DNA of 60,796 nt, the filler included. It is 5 parts of 5 records of this genome, joined end to end, with 100 filler letters (N's around TTAATTAATTAA, not from the genome) between each part and the next. Parts side by side here need not be neighbours in the genome. Positions count along the whole stretch, not along the records: positions 45,616 to 54,147 come from SRR31156797_4902; positions 54,248 to 60,796 come from SRR31156797_4922; 3 more parts are not named here. One strand, written 5' to 3'. The notes under the pieces were generated by a model. It saw only the letters and a program-made list of their open reading frames with translations. It was not told where the DNA came from and searched no databases. Below, piece after piece: positions 49,104 to 58,766 of the stretch (positions within the stretch are counted from its first letter, which is position 1; each line of letters opens with the position of its first letter). The translations under genes were made by a program, and so were the position numbers.

Positions 49104-50460
49104 ATTTCTTCATCTTGTTATACAACGTTTGTCTGGTAATGCCTAGTTTATCAGCAGCAGCACTAATATTTCCAGGGTTTTTATCCAATGCCTGATAAAT
49201 ACAATTCTTTTCCATTTCTTCTAAGTTAAGTGAACTGGAATTTGCAGTTAGGGTACAGCTTGAAGTTCTAAGTAAAAAATCATCTGGTTTAAGCGTTTGG
49301 TTATCACTTAGTATAACTGCTTTTTCAATGCTGTGTTGAAGCTCCCTTATATTGCCAGGCCAATGATATTTTAATAGTTTTTCTTGTGCGGAAAGGTTAA
49401 GTTTTAAATGTGGTTTATCGTATTTATGATTGTATTTTTTTAAAAAGAAATTCGCCAGTAGCAAAATATCGTCACCCCTTTCTCTTAAAGGCGGGACTTC
49501 AATTTGAATGGTATTTAGGCGGTATAATAAATCCTCTCTAAACTCGGCTTCACTTACCATTTTTTCAAGATTTTTATTGGTGGCAGATATTAATCTTATG
49601 TTTATAGGAATGGATTTATTGCTACCTAACCTTGTTATTTCACGAGTTTGCAAGGCAACCAGCAATTTTGCCTGCAAGGAAAATGAAAGATTGCCAATTT
49701 CATCTAAAAATAAGGAGCCGTTATGTGCCACTTCAAATTTGCCAACCCTGTCTTCACGAGCATCTGTAAATGCACCCCTTACATGGCCAAATAATTCACT
49801 TTCAAATAATGTTTCGCTAATGGCTCCCATATCTACATTCACTAACATTTCGTTGTTACGTTTTGATAAGCGGTGAATTTCGCGGGCAATTAACTCTTTC
49901 CCTGTTCCATTTTCACCCATAATTAAAATATTCGTATCTGTTTTTGCCACTTTCCGAACCATATTGAGCACATGCATTAGTTTAGGAGAATTTCCAATAA
50001 TGTATTGGTTATCTTTATTTACCTCCTTTTTTAATACTTGTTCTTTTAGCTTTAAGGTGTGTACTTCTTCTTTAGAGCAATGGAGTTCAATAGCAGATTG
50101 TATGGTGGCCAACAATTTGGCATTGTCCCACGGCTTTAGAACAAAATCTGTAGCTCCCTGCTTTAGTGCATTGACTGCAAGTTCAACATCTCCATAGGCA
50201 GTCATCATTACAACAGAGGTGTTAGGTTTTTTCTTTTTTATTTGATTAAGCCAATAAATACCTTCATTGCCATTATTAATACCGCTGGTAAAATTCATGT
50301 CCAGCAGTACCAAATGATAATGTCTTTCATCAAGTTGATGATTGATCTGATTTGGATTAGAAAGACAAGTCACATGAAAGTTTCTTAAAAGCAAAACCTC
50401 TAATGCACTTAGTATACTTTTATTGTCATCAACGATTAAAATATTTTCTTTTTGTGACAT
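49090..50460 (-). CDS. Sigma54-dependent response regulator
   Basis: LLDMNF; GENGTGKE; GAFTDA; WPGNIREL; HTH. Confidence 0.94.
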   Translation of the reverse strand: MSQKENILIVDDNKSILSALEVLLLRNFHVTCLSNPNQINHQLDERHYHLVLLDMNFTSGINNGNEGIYWLNQIKKKKPNTSVVMMTAYGDVELAVNALKQGATDFVLKPWDNAKLLATIQSAIELHCSKEEVHTLKLKEQVLKKEVNKDNQYIIGNSPKLMHVLNMVRKVAKTDTNILIMGENGTGKELIAREIHRLSKRNNEMLVNVDMGAISETLFESELFGHVRGAFTDAREDRVGKFEVAHNGSLFLDEIGNLSFSLQAKLLVALQTREITRLGSNKSIPINIRLISATNKNLEKMVSEAEFREDLLYRLNTIQIEVPPLRERGDDILLLANFFLKKYNHKYDKPHLKLNLSAQEKLLKYHWPGNIRELQHSIEKAVILSDNQTLKPDDFLLRTSSCTLTANSSSLNLEEMEKNCIYQALDKNPGNISAAADKLGITRQTLYNKMKKFGIN

Positions 50461-50512
50461 AGCGTTAGATTTTGCTTAAAGGTATATGATTTAGCACCGT
50501 TGTAATATGCAA

Positions 50513-50622
50513 GTGTCAAATAATTTTACAGATATGTGTCAAATATTTTTACTCTTCATATATGGGTGTGTGATGTATGATGTTGACTATTAGCTTGAAA
50601 TAAATTTTGGCATAATTTCAGA
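50513..50622 (+). promoter_or_regulatory. Paired enhancer-like sites plus sigma54-like -24 box for the efflux operon
   Basis: GTGTCAAATAATTTTAC (50513) and GTGTCAAATATTTTTAC (50536); TGGCA at 50608 with a weak -12. Confidence 0.5.
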
Positions 50623-50645
50623 AAAGAGATTGTCAAAATGATCAT

Positions 50646-51974
50646 ATGAGAGTTGCCATCATATATATAGTGCTTTTTAATTATGTAGCATCAAATGCAT
50701 TTAGTCAGAAGAAAATGGATTTGTCGTCATGTATCGATTATGCCATAAAAAGTAATTTAATCATACAGAATAGTCGAATTGAATACCGGAAGGCAAATGA
50801 ATATTACAGGCAATCAAAAAGAAATTTAACACCTGGTATTCATGCTTCATCTAATGCTCAGGTTTATTTTGGTCGTTCTATCGATGAAAACACTAATGAC
50901 TATGTTAATCAACAATGGTTTTCAAATTCATATGGATTAAGTTCATCTATAACGTTGTTTAATGGTTTTCAGAAATTGAATACCATACGTTTAAATAAGT
51001 TTTTGCAGGAGAATGCAAAGCATGCTGAACAGAAAGAAGAAGATGAACTGGCCTTTCAGGTAATGCGATCTTATTTTGATGTATGTTTTTATACTCAATT
51101 AATAGAGATCGCAGAGGAACAAGTAGAAACGAGCCAGCTAGAATTAAAAGCAATGACTCGTCAAGTGGAATTAGGCTTAAAATCAAAAAGTGATTTACTG
51201 GAGGTAAAAGCAAATTTAAAAGCTGAAGAATTGTATTTGCTGCAAATGCAAAATAGTAAGGATCGTATCCTTATGAATTTAAAGAAACATATGAATTTCC
51301 CTCAAGAGGATACCATACTGATTGAAGAGTTTAGAGAAATAAACCATCCTATTCAAAGTTGGAATTTGGATGATGCATTTAAAAATAATGAAAAGTCCGA
51401 TCCTGGTATTATACAAGCACAAGCTGTTCTAAATGCAAGTCGCAAAAGGTTAGCCATCTCAAAAGGATTATTACTTCCCAGTATTTCCGCTTATGCCGGA
51501 TTAAGTTCGGGGTTTTATGAGACAGCCAAAAATGATGAGGGAAGAACAATAAATTTTCATAGTCAATTGAGTAATAATTTGAGTGAATACGTGGGTGTTT
51601 CGCTATCTATTCCTATTTGGAATAGATGGTCCCACTACTCAAATGTTAAACTATCCAAGCTAAACTATTTACAGGCGCAAAATAATTATCAAATCGTAAA
51701 GCAATCTTATGATACCGATTTGGAAGAAGATATTCAGAAAATGAATGCACTCCAAAAGGAATATGTAGAAAACATAGAGCAAAATAAACTGAATGAACAA
51801 GCATTTAATGTGGCACAAAAAAAACTGAATAAAGGTTTGATTGATGTTGTGACTTATTTTCTAGCAAAAAATAGACTAGCACAGGCACAGGCACAAAAAC
51901 TAAATGTTGAAATGCAAATAAGAGTTCAGTATAACTTGCTGCAATATTATAAAGGAATACGGTTTTGGGAATAA
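50646..51974 (+). CDS. TolC-family outer membrane channel
   Basis: Signal peptide; TLFNGF; LPSIS..LSIPIWN duplicated OEP halves. Confidence 0.9.
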   Translation: MRVAIIYIVLFNYVASNAFSQKKMDLSSCIDYAIKSNLIIQNSRIEYRKANEYYRQSKRNLTPGIHASSNAQVYFGRSIDENTNDYVNQQWFSNSYGLSSSITLFNGFQKLNTIRLNKFLQENAKHAEQKEEDELAFQVMRSYFDVCFYTQLIEIAEEQVETSQLELKAMTRQVELGLKSKSDLLEVKANLKAEELYLLQMQNSKDRILMNLKKHMNFPQEDTILIEEFREINHPIQSWNLDDAFKNNEKSDPGIIQAQAVLNASRKRLAISKGLLLPSISAYAGLSSGFYETAKNDEGRTINFHSQLSNNLSEYVGVSLSIPIWNRWSHYSNVKLSKLNYLQAQNNYQIVKQSYDTDLEEDIQKMNALQKEYVENIEQNKLNEQAFNVAQKKLNKGLIDVVTYFLAKNRLAQAQAQKLNVEMQIRVQYNLLQYYKGIRFWE

Positions 51975-52062
51975 ATAAAAGGTCAAAGGAAATAGGATTA
52001 AGGTTTAAAATGGGAAATAAATCCATTTCAGCATTAACCTAAATAAAGCCAAAAAAGCGAAA

Positions 52063-53313
52063 ATGGACAGAGTTATAGAAAAGAAAAAAGGTTTAAAACG
52101 TAAGCATATATTTTGGGCTGTTGGTATTTTGGTTCTTACATTTTTTATATACAACATGCTTTTTGCAAGCCATGTTTCAGTATTTAGAGTGGACCGGGAC
52201 AAAATTACGGTTGGCGAAGTAAAACAAGAGCAGTTTAATGATTATATCTCTGTTTTGGGAAAGGTAGAGCCCATATCCACCATATTTTTAGATGCCATTG
52301 AAAGTGGCAGGGTACAGGAACGGTTTATCGAAGAAGGTGTTATGGTGAAGAAAGGGGATATTATTTTAAAATTGGAAAATAAGCAGCTTTATCAAACTAT
52401 TTTAAATAGCGAAGCGGCTCTGGCCGAAAAGGAAAATTACTTACGTAGTACGCAAATTAGTTTTGAGTCAGAATTGGTTTCATCCAGAAGAAACTTGCTG
52501 GATAATGAATTTCAGTTGATTAGAAAAAAACGTACATATGAGCAGTATCAGGATTTATACAATGATGAATTGATTGCCAAAGAGGATTTTTTAAGGACAA
52601 AAGAGGATTACGAGTATCAGTGTAAACTGATAGAAATAAACCGACTAAAAGCCAAAAATGATTCTTTAATACGTCTGACATCCATGAAAACGCTGGAGCA
52701 GGATTTGGAGAAGATGCGAAAAAACCTTGCGCTGGTATATGAGCGCTTGGATAATTTAAATGTAAAGGCTCCGGTTGACGGACAGTTAGGTATGCTGGAT
52801 GCTGAATTGGGTCAGTCCATTGGTCAGGGAAAGCGTATTGGAATGATCAACGTACTCACTAATTACAAAATTAAAGCGTCCATCGATGAGCATTATATAG
52901 ATAGGGTGATCCGCGAATTGAATGGTAGCTTTGAACGAAATCAGGATACCTTTCAATTGCATATTAAAAAAGTGTATCCGGAGGTAAGAGAAGGGAAATT
53001 TGAAATTGATATGGTTTTTGGTGGCCATAAACCAGAGCATATCAGAACAGGACAAAGTTATCATATCAAATTACAGTTGGGAGAATCGAATAGTGCAACC
53101 CTATTAAACCGAGGAGGCTTTTTTCAAAGTACCGGGGGACAATGGGTGTTTGTACTCAATAAACAAGAAACGGAAGCCGAAAAGCGCTTCATAAAAATAG
53201 GGAAACAAAATCCACAATATTATGAAGTATTAGAAGGGCTTGAACCCGGCGAAAAAGTAATTACCTCAAGCTATGAAATGTTTGGGGAGAATGAGAAGAT
53301 AGTTATAAAGTAG
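52063..53313 (+). CDS. Efflux periplasmic adaptor (MacA-like)
   Basis: N-terminal TM; VKKGD and KAPVDG lipoyl-like halves; EVLEGLEPGEKVI. Confidence 0.9.
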   Translation: MDRVIEKKKGLKRKHIFWAVGILVLTFFIYNMLFASHVSVFRVDRDKITVGEVKQEQFNDYISVLGKVEPISTIFLDAIESGRVQERFIEEGVMVKKGDIILKLENKQLYQTILNSEAALAEKENYLRSTQISFESELVSSRRNLLDNEFQLIRKKRTYEQYQDLYNDELIAKEDFLRTKEDYEYQCKLIEINRLKAKNDSLIRLTSMKTLEQDLEKMRKNLALVYERLDNLNVKAPVDGQLGMLDAELGQSIGQGKRIGMINVLTNYKIKASIDEHYIDRVIRELNGSFERNQDTFQLHIKKVYPEVREGKFEIDMVFGGHKPEHIRTGQSYHIKLQLGESNSATLLNRGGFFQSTGGQWVFVLNKQETEAEKRFIKIGKQNPQYYEVLEGLEPGEKVITSSYEMFGENEKIVIK

Positions 53314-53366
53314 AAAGGAACATGGAGTAAGTAGAAAGGAGAAGTGAACATGGAGAACGAAGAGCT
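53311..53366 (+). repeat. Purine-rich degenerate heptamer array (8 units)
   Basis: tagaaag gaacatg gagtaag tagaaag gagaagt gaacatg gagaacg aagagct. Confidence 0.7.
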
Positions 53367-53415
53367 AATTATTTTCAACTCAAAAGTTTATTTTTATTGA
53401 TTTAACTGTAACACT

Positions 53416-53775
53416 ATGAGTAAAATTGAAAAATTTGAAGATTTAATAGTTTGGCAAAATGCCGTAAACTTAAGTACCAAAATATACCGTACATTGGATA
53501 GTTGTAAAGATTATTCCTTTCGGGATCAGATTTGCAGAGCATCTGTATCTATACCTTCAAATATTGCAGAGGGTTTTGAGAGACAATATAACAAAGAGTT
53601 TATACAGTTTTTGTATATCGCAAAAGGTTCAGCCGGAGAAGTTAGGACCCAGTTACTCATAGGTAGAAATCTTAAATATATATCAGAAGAAGAATATGAA
53701 GCTTTGTATAACGAAATAGTATTTATTTCTAGTCAATTATTTAAACTAATCAAAATAAGGAAAGAAAAATTTTAA
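53416..53775 (+). CDS. Four helix bundle protein (23S rRNA IVP-like, TIGR02436 type)
   Basis: FEDLIVWQ, DQICRASVSIPSNIAEG, FLYIAKGSAGEVRTQL. Confidence 0.92.
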   Translation: MSKIEKFEDLIVWQNAVNLSTKIYRTLDSCKDYSFRDQICRASVSIPSNIAEGFERQYNKEFIQFLYIAKGSAGEVRTQLLIGRNLKYISEEEYEALYNEIVFISSQLFKLIKIRKEKF

Positions 53776-53798
53776 AAATTCGCAGAGGATACATTGGA

Positions 53799-53840
53799 CG
53801 AATAGGGAATAGCTTGTTCCCTTCTCCCTTTTCCTTTTTC
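53799..53840 (+). repeat. Heptamer array, pyrimidine-rich in its 3' part
   Basis: cgaatag ggaatag cttgttc ccttctc ccttttc ctttttc. Confidence 0.7.
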
Positions 53841-53853
53841 CAAACAAAGTGTT

Positions 53854-54147
53854 ATGATAAAAACAGAAGAATTAACTAAAATCTTTCGCACTGAAGAAAT
53901 TGAAACCAGTGCTTTGAATAATGTAAGCCTGCATGTTGAGAAGGGCGAATTTGTGGCTGTGATGGGACCTTCGGGTTGTGGAAAGTCCACCTTGCTTAAT
54001 ATTATTGGGCTTTTGGATAATCCATCTAAGGGAAAATATTACTTTGACGGGAAAGAGGTTGATGGATTAAAAGAAAGACACAGGACACAGCTCCGTAAAG
54101 GAAATATAGGATTTGTGTTTCAGAGCTTTAATCTGATTGATGAGTTG
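53854..54147 (+). CDS. ABC transporter ATP-binding protein (MacB/LolD-like), 3'-truncated
   Basis: GPSGCGKSTLL; IGFVFQSFNLI. Confidence 0.92.
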
Positions 54148-54247
54148 NNNNNNNNNNNNNNNNNNNNNNNNNNNNNNNNNNNNNNNNNNNNTTAATTAAT
54201 TAANNNNNNNNNNNNNNNNNNNNNNNNNNNNNNNNNNNNNNNNNNNN
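54148..54247. other. Artificial contig linker
   Basis: N44-TTAATTAATTAA-N44. Confidence 0.98.
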
Positions 54248-55279
54248 GCCTTTGGTGTAGATTTATCTACTTGGGGATATTACAAAATCATGAATATGGA
54301 TGGTAATATTTTTACAAGAATAGATGGTGTGATGATTATTGGTATGTTTGCAGGTTGTATAGCAGCAGCATTTTGGGGAAATAATGTAAAACTTAGAATG
54401 CCAGCAAGTAATATTAGAATCTTTCAAGCGCTAATTGGTGGTATTATTGCAGGATTTGGTGCAAGACTTGGTATGGGTTGTAACCTTGCAAGTTTCTTTA
54501 CTGGTATTCCTCAATTTACATTCCATGCTTGGATGTTTACTATTGCTATGATTGTAGGTGTTTATTTAGGTGCAAAGTTTTCTTTACTACCTTTTTTCCA
54601 ATCTAAAATCAGACTTCAAAAAGTATCTTGTACTAAACCTTTAGAAAAAGATGAGTCTAAAGTAAAAAGTCTATTTACTCTTGGTTCTTTTGTTTTTATT
54701 GCAATTATTATTTGGGCTTTATATCTAATCTTTGCACAAGGAAGTACAAAACTTGGTATGGCTATGTTATTTGGTAGTGCCTTTGGTCTAGCAATTGCAA
54801 AAGCTCAAATTTGTTTTACATCCGCATTTAGAGATATTTTTACTACAGGAAGAAGTGAATTAGCTAAAGCAATTATTATTGGTATGGCTGTTGCAACACT
54901 TGGAGTATTTTCATATATTATGATTGGCCAACCTCCTAAAATCATGTGGGCAGGACCAAATGCTATTATTGGTGGTATTCTTTTTGGTTTTGGTATCGTT
55001 TTAGCTGGTGGTTGTGAATGTGGTTGGATGTATAGAGCAGTTGAAGGTCAAGTTCATTTCTGGGTAGTTGGTATTGGAAATGTTATTGGTGCAACTTTAC
55101 TTGCATTTGTTTGGGATGACTTATCTTTAGAGTTAGCTACAAGCTGGCCAAAAATCAACTTACTTGAAGTATTTGGAAATTATGGTGGTCTATTCTTAAA
55201 CTATGGATTACTAATTTTACTTTTCGCACTTATTTTAGTGTTAGAAAAAAGATATTTAAATAAATCAAAAAATAGATAA
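54248..55279 (+). CDS. yedE: YedE/FdhT (YeeE-family) selenium/sulfur transport membrane protein, 5'-truncated
   Basis: GARLGMGCNLASFFTGIPQF, AQICFTSAFRD, LAGGCECGWMYR; frame open to contig start. Confidence 0.88.
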   Translation, partial: AFGVDLSTWGYYKIMNMDGNIFTRIDGVMIIGMFAGCIAAAFWGNNVKLRMPASNIRIFQALIGGIIAGFGARLGMGCNLASFFTGIPQFTFHAWMFTIAMIVGVYLGAKFSLLPFFQSKIRLQKVSCTKPLEKDESKVKSLFTLGSFVFIAIIIWALYLIFAQGSTKLGMAMLFGSAFGLAIAKAQICFTSAFRDIFTTGRSELAKAIIIGMAVATLGVFSYIMIGQPPKIMWAGPNAIIGGILFGFGIVLAGGCECGWMYRAVEGQVHFWVVGIGNVIGATLLAFVWDDLSLELATSWPKINLLEVFGNYGGLFLNYGLLILLFALILVLEKRYLNKSKNR

Positions 55280-55288
55280 GGATAAAAA

Positions 55289-55528
55289 ATGAATAGTGAA
55301 GAAATTATTCCTGATTATAGACTTGATATGCAAGGGGAACCTTGCCCATATCCTGCTGTAAATGCTTTAGAAACTATGAAAGAACTAAAAGAAGGTGAAA
55401 TCCTTGAGATAATCAGTGATTGTCCACAAAGTATTAATAATATCCCTGCTGATGCAAGAAATCATGGGTACAAAGTATTAAATGTAGATAGTAGTGGTCC
55501 TACTATTCGATACATTATTCAAAAATAA
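55289..55528 (+). CDS. yedF: YedF/FdhU TusA-like sulfurtransferase
   Basis: LDMQGEPCPYPA, SDCPQSINNIP; AGGA SD upstream. Confidence 0.9.
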   Translation: MNSEEIIPDYRLDMQGEPCPYPAVNALETMKELKEGEILEIISDCPQSINNIPADARNHGYKVLNVDSSGPTIRYIIQK

Positions 55529-55600
55529 ATAGTCAAATTATTGATTTAAACTACTTTAAAAGAGCACATTGAGTATAATACCTCTTAAAAAAGAAGAAGT

Positions 55601-56206
55601 ATGACTCCTTTAGAAATTGCTGACATAATTGGTATTATCTCATTTGCTCTGAGTGGTTTTTTAATTGCTGTACACTATAAGCTTGATATTTTAGGTGTAT
55701 TTATCTCTGCATTTTTAACTGCCCTTGGTGGAGGAATGATAAGAGATGTAATTGCCAATAAAACACCTTATGTTTTAAGTGATAATCTTCCTATTATCTT
55801 AGTTAGTTCAACTCTACTTTTATCATTTATATTTAAACTTCACAAAACAACTGACCTTGAGGGTAAAACTTGGTTTATCATCTCTGATGCTATTGGATTA
55901 GTATCTTTTGCTATTACAGGAGCACTTATAGGTATAAAAGCAGACTTTAACTTCTTAGGTGTATTGATGCTTGCATTTTTAACAGCTGTTGGTGGTGGTA
56001 CAATTAGGGATATTTTAATAAATAAAGTTCCATCTATTTTAGTTTCAGAGTTTTATGGAACTGTTGCAATTATAGTTGGTCTTATAACTTATTTCTTACA
56101 TTTAGGTGGTATTTCATCAATTATTACTCTAACTATCACATTTATCTTTGGAGTAACACTAAGACTTCTTGCATATTACAAGAAGTGGAGTTTGCCTAAA
56201 CTATAA
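55601..56206 (+). CDS. TRIC / UPF0126 membrane protein
   Basis: Duplicated TALGGGMIRD / TAVGGGTIRD. Confidence 0.88.
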   Translation: MTPLEIADIIGIISFALSGFLIAVHYKLDILGVFISAFLTALGGGMIRDVIANKTPYVLSDNLPIILVSSTLLLSFIFKLHKTTDLEGKTWFIISDAIGLVSFAITGALIGIKADFNFLGVLMLAFLTAVGGGTIRDILINKVPSILVSEFYGTVAIIVGLITYFLHLGGISSIITLTITFIFGVTLRLLAYYKKWSLPKL

Positions 56207-57118
56207 AGAGTTTACAACCTCATTTCTTCCATGTTTTTTTGCAATATAAAGTAAGTCATCGGCTCTTTTAAGTGTTGTTTCAATTGTTTCATTATTTTCT
56301 TGATTTACAGTTGCAACACCAAAACTAGCAGTAATATCAACTTCATTATCCTCTACATTGATGATTGTATCTTCAATTTTTACTCTCATCTTTTCTGCAA
56401 TTGTTGTAGCCTCATCTAACTTGGCATTTATAAGTAAAATAATAAACTCTTCCCCACCAAATCTTGCTACAATATCGCTTTTTCTAATACTACTTTTAAA
56501 TACATTTGCAACTTCAATTAAAACCTCATCACCAATATTATGCCCATAGGTATCATTGATTTTTTTAAATCTATCAATATCAATTGCTATAATACTAATA
56601 TCTTGTTTATTTCTTTTTGCTAACTCTAAAGCTTTTTCAGAGTATTCATTAAAATATCTTCTATTGTAAACTTTTGTTAGATAGTCTTTATTTGTTAAGT
56701 CAATCAACTCTTTATTAGCTCTTTCAAGTTTTAAGTTGATTTCACGTAAAGCTGTTTTATCATAGATATATAAACAAACTATTTTTCTATCTAAATCATA
56801 AGGAACTATAGTTACATCTTGTTGCATAAATTCATAATTTGCATTAATAGAGTTAATTCTTATTTCTATTAAGTGTTTATGTGGATCAACATTAAAGTAT
56901 GAAGGATTTTTAGTTACAAGGGCTGCTTTTACTTTTCTTTTTAGCTTTTTTTCATCTATATATGGAAACTCTTTACAAATATTTTTATTTTCAATTTCAT
57001 CTTTTAGAATATTTGTTCTTATCTCTAACCATCTATTCCAAGCTAATATATTTAGATTCTCATCAAGGATTATAATTCCATTGTCGATTGTATTAAATAC
57101 AGTATCATTAAATTTCAT
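56201..57118 (-). CDS. PAS-GGDEF diguanylate cyclase
   Basis: DIDRFKKINDTYGH, RKSD I-site, RFGGEEF. Confidence 0.92.
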   Translation of the reverse strand: MKFNDTVFNTIDNGIIILDENLNILAWNRWLEIRTNILKDEIENKNICKEFPYIDEKKLKRKVKAALVTKNPSYFNVDPHKHLIEIRINSINANYEFMQQDVTIVPYDLDRKIVCLYIYDKTALREINLKLERANKELIDLTNKDYLTKVYNRRYFNEYSEKALELAKRNKQDISIIAIDIDRFKKINDTYGHNIGDEVLIEVANVFKSSIRKSDIVARFGGEEFIILLINAKLDEATTIAEKMRVKIEDTIINVEDNEVDITASFGVATVNQENNETIETTLKRADDLLYIAKKHGRNEVVNSL

Positions 57119-57119
57119 C

Positions 57120-57740
57120 TTAAAACTCTTCTAATACTTTGTTTAAAGCTTCTTTTAAAAAGATAGTAGCTTCATCTTTTGAAAGAATTAATAACTCTCC
57201 ACTAATATTTTGTTCTTTAAAAATTATATCCGTTGAGATGATAATAATATGGTCATACTCATTTATATAACTTCTATAAAATGATTCAGAATTTTTCACT
57301 ATCTCTATTTGTGGTGGTGAAAATGATATACTTGTTTCGATTAGTCCTGCTAATTTACTTAATGTAGTAGATGTTATGATATTTGAAATCTCTAAAATTA
57401 CATCTTTTAACTCATCATCATCTTTAACTTCTTCTTCATCTAAGTCAAACTCTAAAGCTAAGTTTTCAGTTGATTTTCTATCAATAACAAACATTGTTTC
57501 ACCACAAAAAGAACCACTAATAAGCTGGTTTGTAATGAAATACTCTTTTTGAATATTTAATTTCTCTTTTAGATAGTCTTTAAACTCTTTAGTTGTTACT
57601 GTTTTGATATTTGGAATAGATAAAGTTGCTTCTTTATTTATAATATCAGCAATAGCTGCTGTTGCTGAACCATATGAAATATTCATCAGTTCTTGTAAAC
57701 AATCTTTCTCTTCTTCATTAAATTGGGCGAAATTAGACAT
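57120..57740 (-). CDS. CheC-like protein
   Basis: DCLQELMNI and LEISNI (two ExxN motifs). Confidence 0.8.
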   Translation of the reverse strand: MSNFAQFNEEEKDCLQELMNISYGSATAAIADIINKEATLSIPNIKTVTTKEFKDYLKEKLNIQKEYFITNQLISGSFCGETMFVIDRKSTENLALEFDLDEEEVKDDDELKDVILEISNIITSTTLSKLAGLIETSISFSPPQIEIVKNSESFYRSYINEYDHIIIISTDIIFKEQNISGELLILSKDEATIFLKEALNKVLEEF

Positions 57741-58104
57741 TTATTAATCCTAGCTTTTTTAACATTGATTCTAAATTATCTTGGTTAATTGGTTTTTTGA
57801 TAAAACCTTTAGCTCCATTTTGTTTAGACTTTTCCATTGAACTCTCTTGGATATCTGCACTTACAATAATGATTTTTGCATTAGCATCATGTTTAATAAT
57901 TGATTGAGTTGCTTCAAATCCATCCATAATTGGCATTGTCAAATCCATCAAACACAAACTTGGTTGATGTTCTTTATAAAGCTCTACTGCTTCTTGTCCA
58001 TTTTCTGCTTGAATTACTTCATCATCTTCATTAATCAAGCTTTTTAATGACTTTATTGTCATTCTTCTTGCCATCTTAGAGTCATCTACAACCAAATATT
58101 TCAT
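57733..58104 (-). CDS. Single-domain response regulator (CheY-like)
   Basis: VVDDS, MDLTMP, VSAD, KKP. Confidence 0.9.
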   Translation of the reverse strand: MKYLVVDDSKMARRMTIKSLKSLINEDDEVIQAENGQEAVELYKEHQPSLCLMDLTMPIMDGFEATQSIIKHDANAKIIIVSADIQESSMEKSKQNGAKGFIKKPINQDNLESMLKKLGLINV

Positions 58105-58157
58105 GTCTTCTCCAAAAAAATAAAAAGATAAGTTACTATACCATTATTATAATAATT

Positions 58158-58733
58158 TCACTTTATAACAGTTTTAAGCGATTCAATTATTGTAATTGTT
58201 TCAAGTTTTTTAATCTTTTCTTCCAAACTTTCTACTGTTTCATTCTCTTCTAAAGTAATTTCATTTTGTAAAATGAACTTACCTTCATCATAGTTTTCAT
58301 TAACAAAATGAACAGTACAACCAGACTTTTTTTCACCATTTTCTATTACAGCTTTATGAACATTTGTTCCATACATACCTTTACCACCAAACTTTGGTAA
58401 AAGTGCAGGATGTGAATTTATAATTCTATTTTCAAATGTTTTTACTAAATTTTCTTCAATTTTTTTCATATATCCTGATAAAAATATAAAATCAACTTTG
58501 AACTCACTCATCATATCAGTTATTTTTTTATCTAAATTTTCGTCAGGAAATTTTTTAGCATTTACAATGAAATTTGGTATATTTTTTGATTGGGCTTTTT
58601 GTAAAACTTGTGCAGTTGAATTATTTGATATTACAAGAACCACTTGAGCATCTAATTCCTTGTTTTCGCAAGCTTTTTGGATAGCATCAAAACCACTACC
58701 ATTATGAGAGGATAAAATTCCTATTCTTTTCAT
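58158..58733 (-). CDS. purN: Phosphoribosylglycinamide formyltransferase
   Basis: INSHPALLPKFGG, GCTVHFV..YDEG. Confidence 0.9.
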   Translation of the reverse strand: MKRIGILSSHNGSGFDAIQKACENKELDAQVVLVISNNSTAQVLQKAQSKNIPNFIVNAKKFPDENLDKKITDMMSEFKVDFIFLSGYMKKIEENLVKTFENRIINSHPALLPKFGGKGMYGTNVHKAVIENGEKKSGCTVHFVNENYDEGKFILQNEITLEENETVESLEEKIKKLETITIIESLKTVIK

Positions 58734-58766
58734 TAATTTTCCTATAATTTTCTATTATAATTATAA

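Noticed and set aside
53416-53775. Diversity-generating retroelement (Avd-like gene) acting on the lipoprotein array
   Set aside because: No reverse transcriptase or TR/VR pair with adenine-specific differences seen; the loci are on different contigs.
54290-55528. Selenoprotein or SECIS signal near yedE/yedF
   Set aside because: No in-frame TGA; the motif Cys residues are encoded as Cys.
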